DNA of 59,345 nucleotides, the filler included, from Sphacelaria rigidula (lineage: Eukaryota): assembly GCA_964200075.2 (NCBI GenBank). It is 9 parts of 9 records of this genome, joined end to end, with 100 filler letters (N's around TTAATTAATTAA, not from the genome) between each part and the next. Parts side by side here need not be neighbours in the genome. Positions count along the whole stretch, not along the records: positions 52,842 to 59,345 come from CAXNAA020019685.1; 8 more parts are not named here. The stretch is one strand, 5' to 3'. Positions 58,643-59,345 of the stretch are shown here, piece by piece (position 1 is the first letter of the stretch; every line of letters starts with the position of its first letter). Both the position numbers and the translations under genes were made by a program. A model generated the notes under the pieces. That model was given only the letters and a program-made list of their open reading frames with translations, ran no database searches and was not told the origin of the DNA.

Positions 58643-59345
58643 ATCATTATTTACGAACATTAGCCCCATAGTTTTAACCCGTTGTCACAGATGTTGGCTC
58701 GCCTTTGCAGTACATTCACCGCTATTTCTCCCAAGAGGTGGAAGCGCTTATTGAGCGTCTTCTTCCGAGACTCCTGTACGTTCTGAAGTCACTTTGATTT
58801 CTTTCCCTCAGCTATGCAGGAGGCACCAACATCACTCCCCGTATTTCTCGAAAGTTTGTATCCTTTTCTCCTCTCGTTTGTTCGCCTTATTTATTCTTGT
58901 CAAATTCCGGTCCGCGCGCTCATGTGGGTCCTTTGTTCACTCGCCACAGATTTTTTGCTTGGTACCCCGCCAATTCTTCACCCCCCGCGATACTGGGCGA
59001 TATGCTGGCGACCATGTTCAATGTCATCGGTTTCTCTTGGGAGGCTAGCCCGGCTTCCACCGAGCTAGAGACCATCGTGATGGGTACGTCGTGAGTGTGT
59101 GTTTTCGAGTATTTTATACTGTACTGTTTTGCACTGCACGGCGTAGTACCTACTGCATTATGCTGCATTATAGTTCGTTGTACTGCGTTGAGCTGCGGAA
59201 TTGAGCAAGAGACAGCATCATTGGTAAGCCGCACAGCTCTCCCGTGCACGACCGTATCATTCAGCTGATTCTGGTGTTCCAGTTGCTGTTACTATGTGCT
59301 ACACGGAACTGTCACTCCCCACGTTACCCTGGTACAGCGGTAGGG

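Overview
Eukaryotic, transposon-rich DNA. Repeat families, the TTAGGG motif and intron style suggest a brown alga or related stramenopile (inference). The window is not one locus: it is nine unrelated 6504-6506 bp contigs in descending length order, joined by identical 100-bp linkers (N44-TTAATTAATTAA-N44). Coding content: (1) the last three exons of a probable MAP65/Ase1/PRC1-family gene; (2) decayed Ty3/Gypsy elements; (3) a nearly full-length Ty1/Copia element with one LTR, a half-tRNA-type PBS and a deleted RT core; (4) a 5'-truncated LINE; (5) an intron-containing pseudogene combining a vertnin-like OTU protease with a Mutator-type (FAR1/ZSWIM3-like) zinc finger. The rest is SINEs, TTAA-flanked piggyBac-type MITEs, a hAT-like element, foldback/palindromic repeats and microsatellites. 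The two most notable signals are a LINE family with no poly(A) tail whose 3' ends all abut C-runs, with 16-bp target-site duplications that begin in the C-run, and an OTU gene whose two halves lie on opposite strands with splice-phase-compatible ends. All homology calls come from motif recognition by eye; no searches were run.
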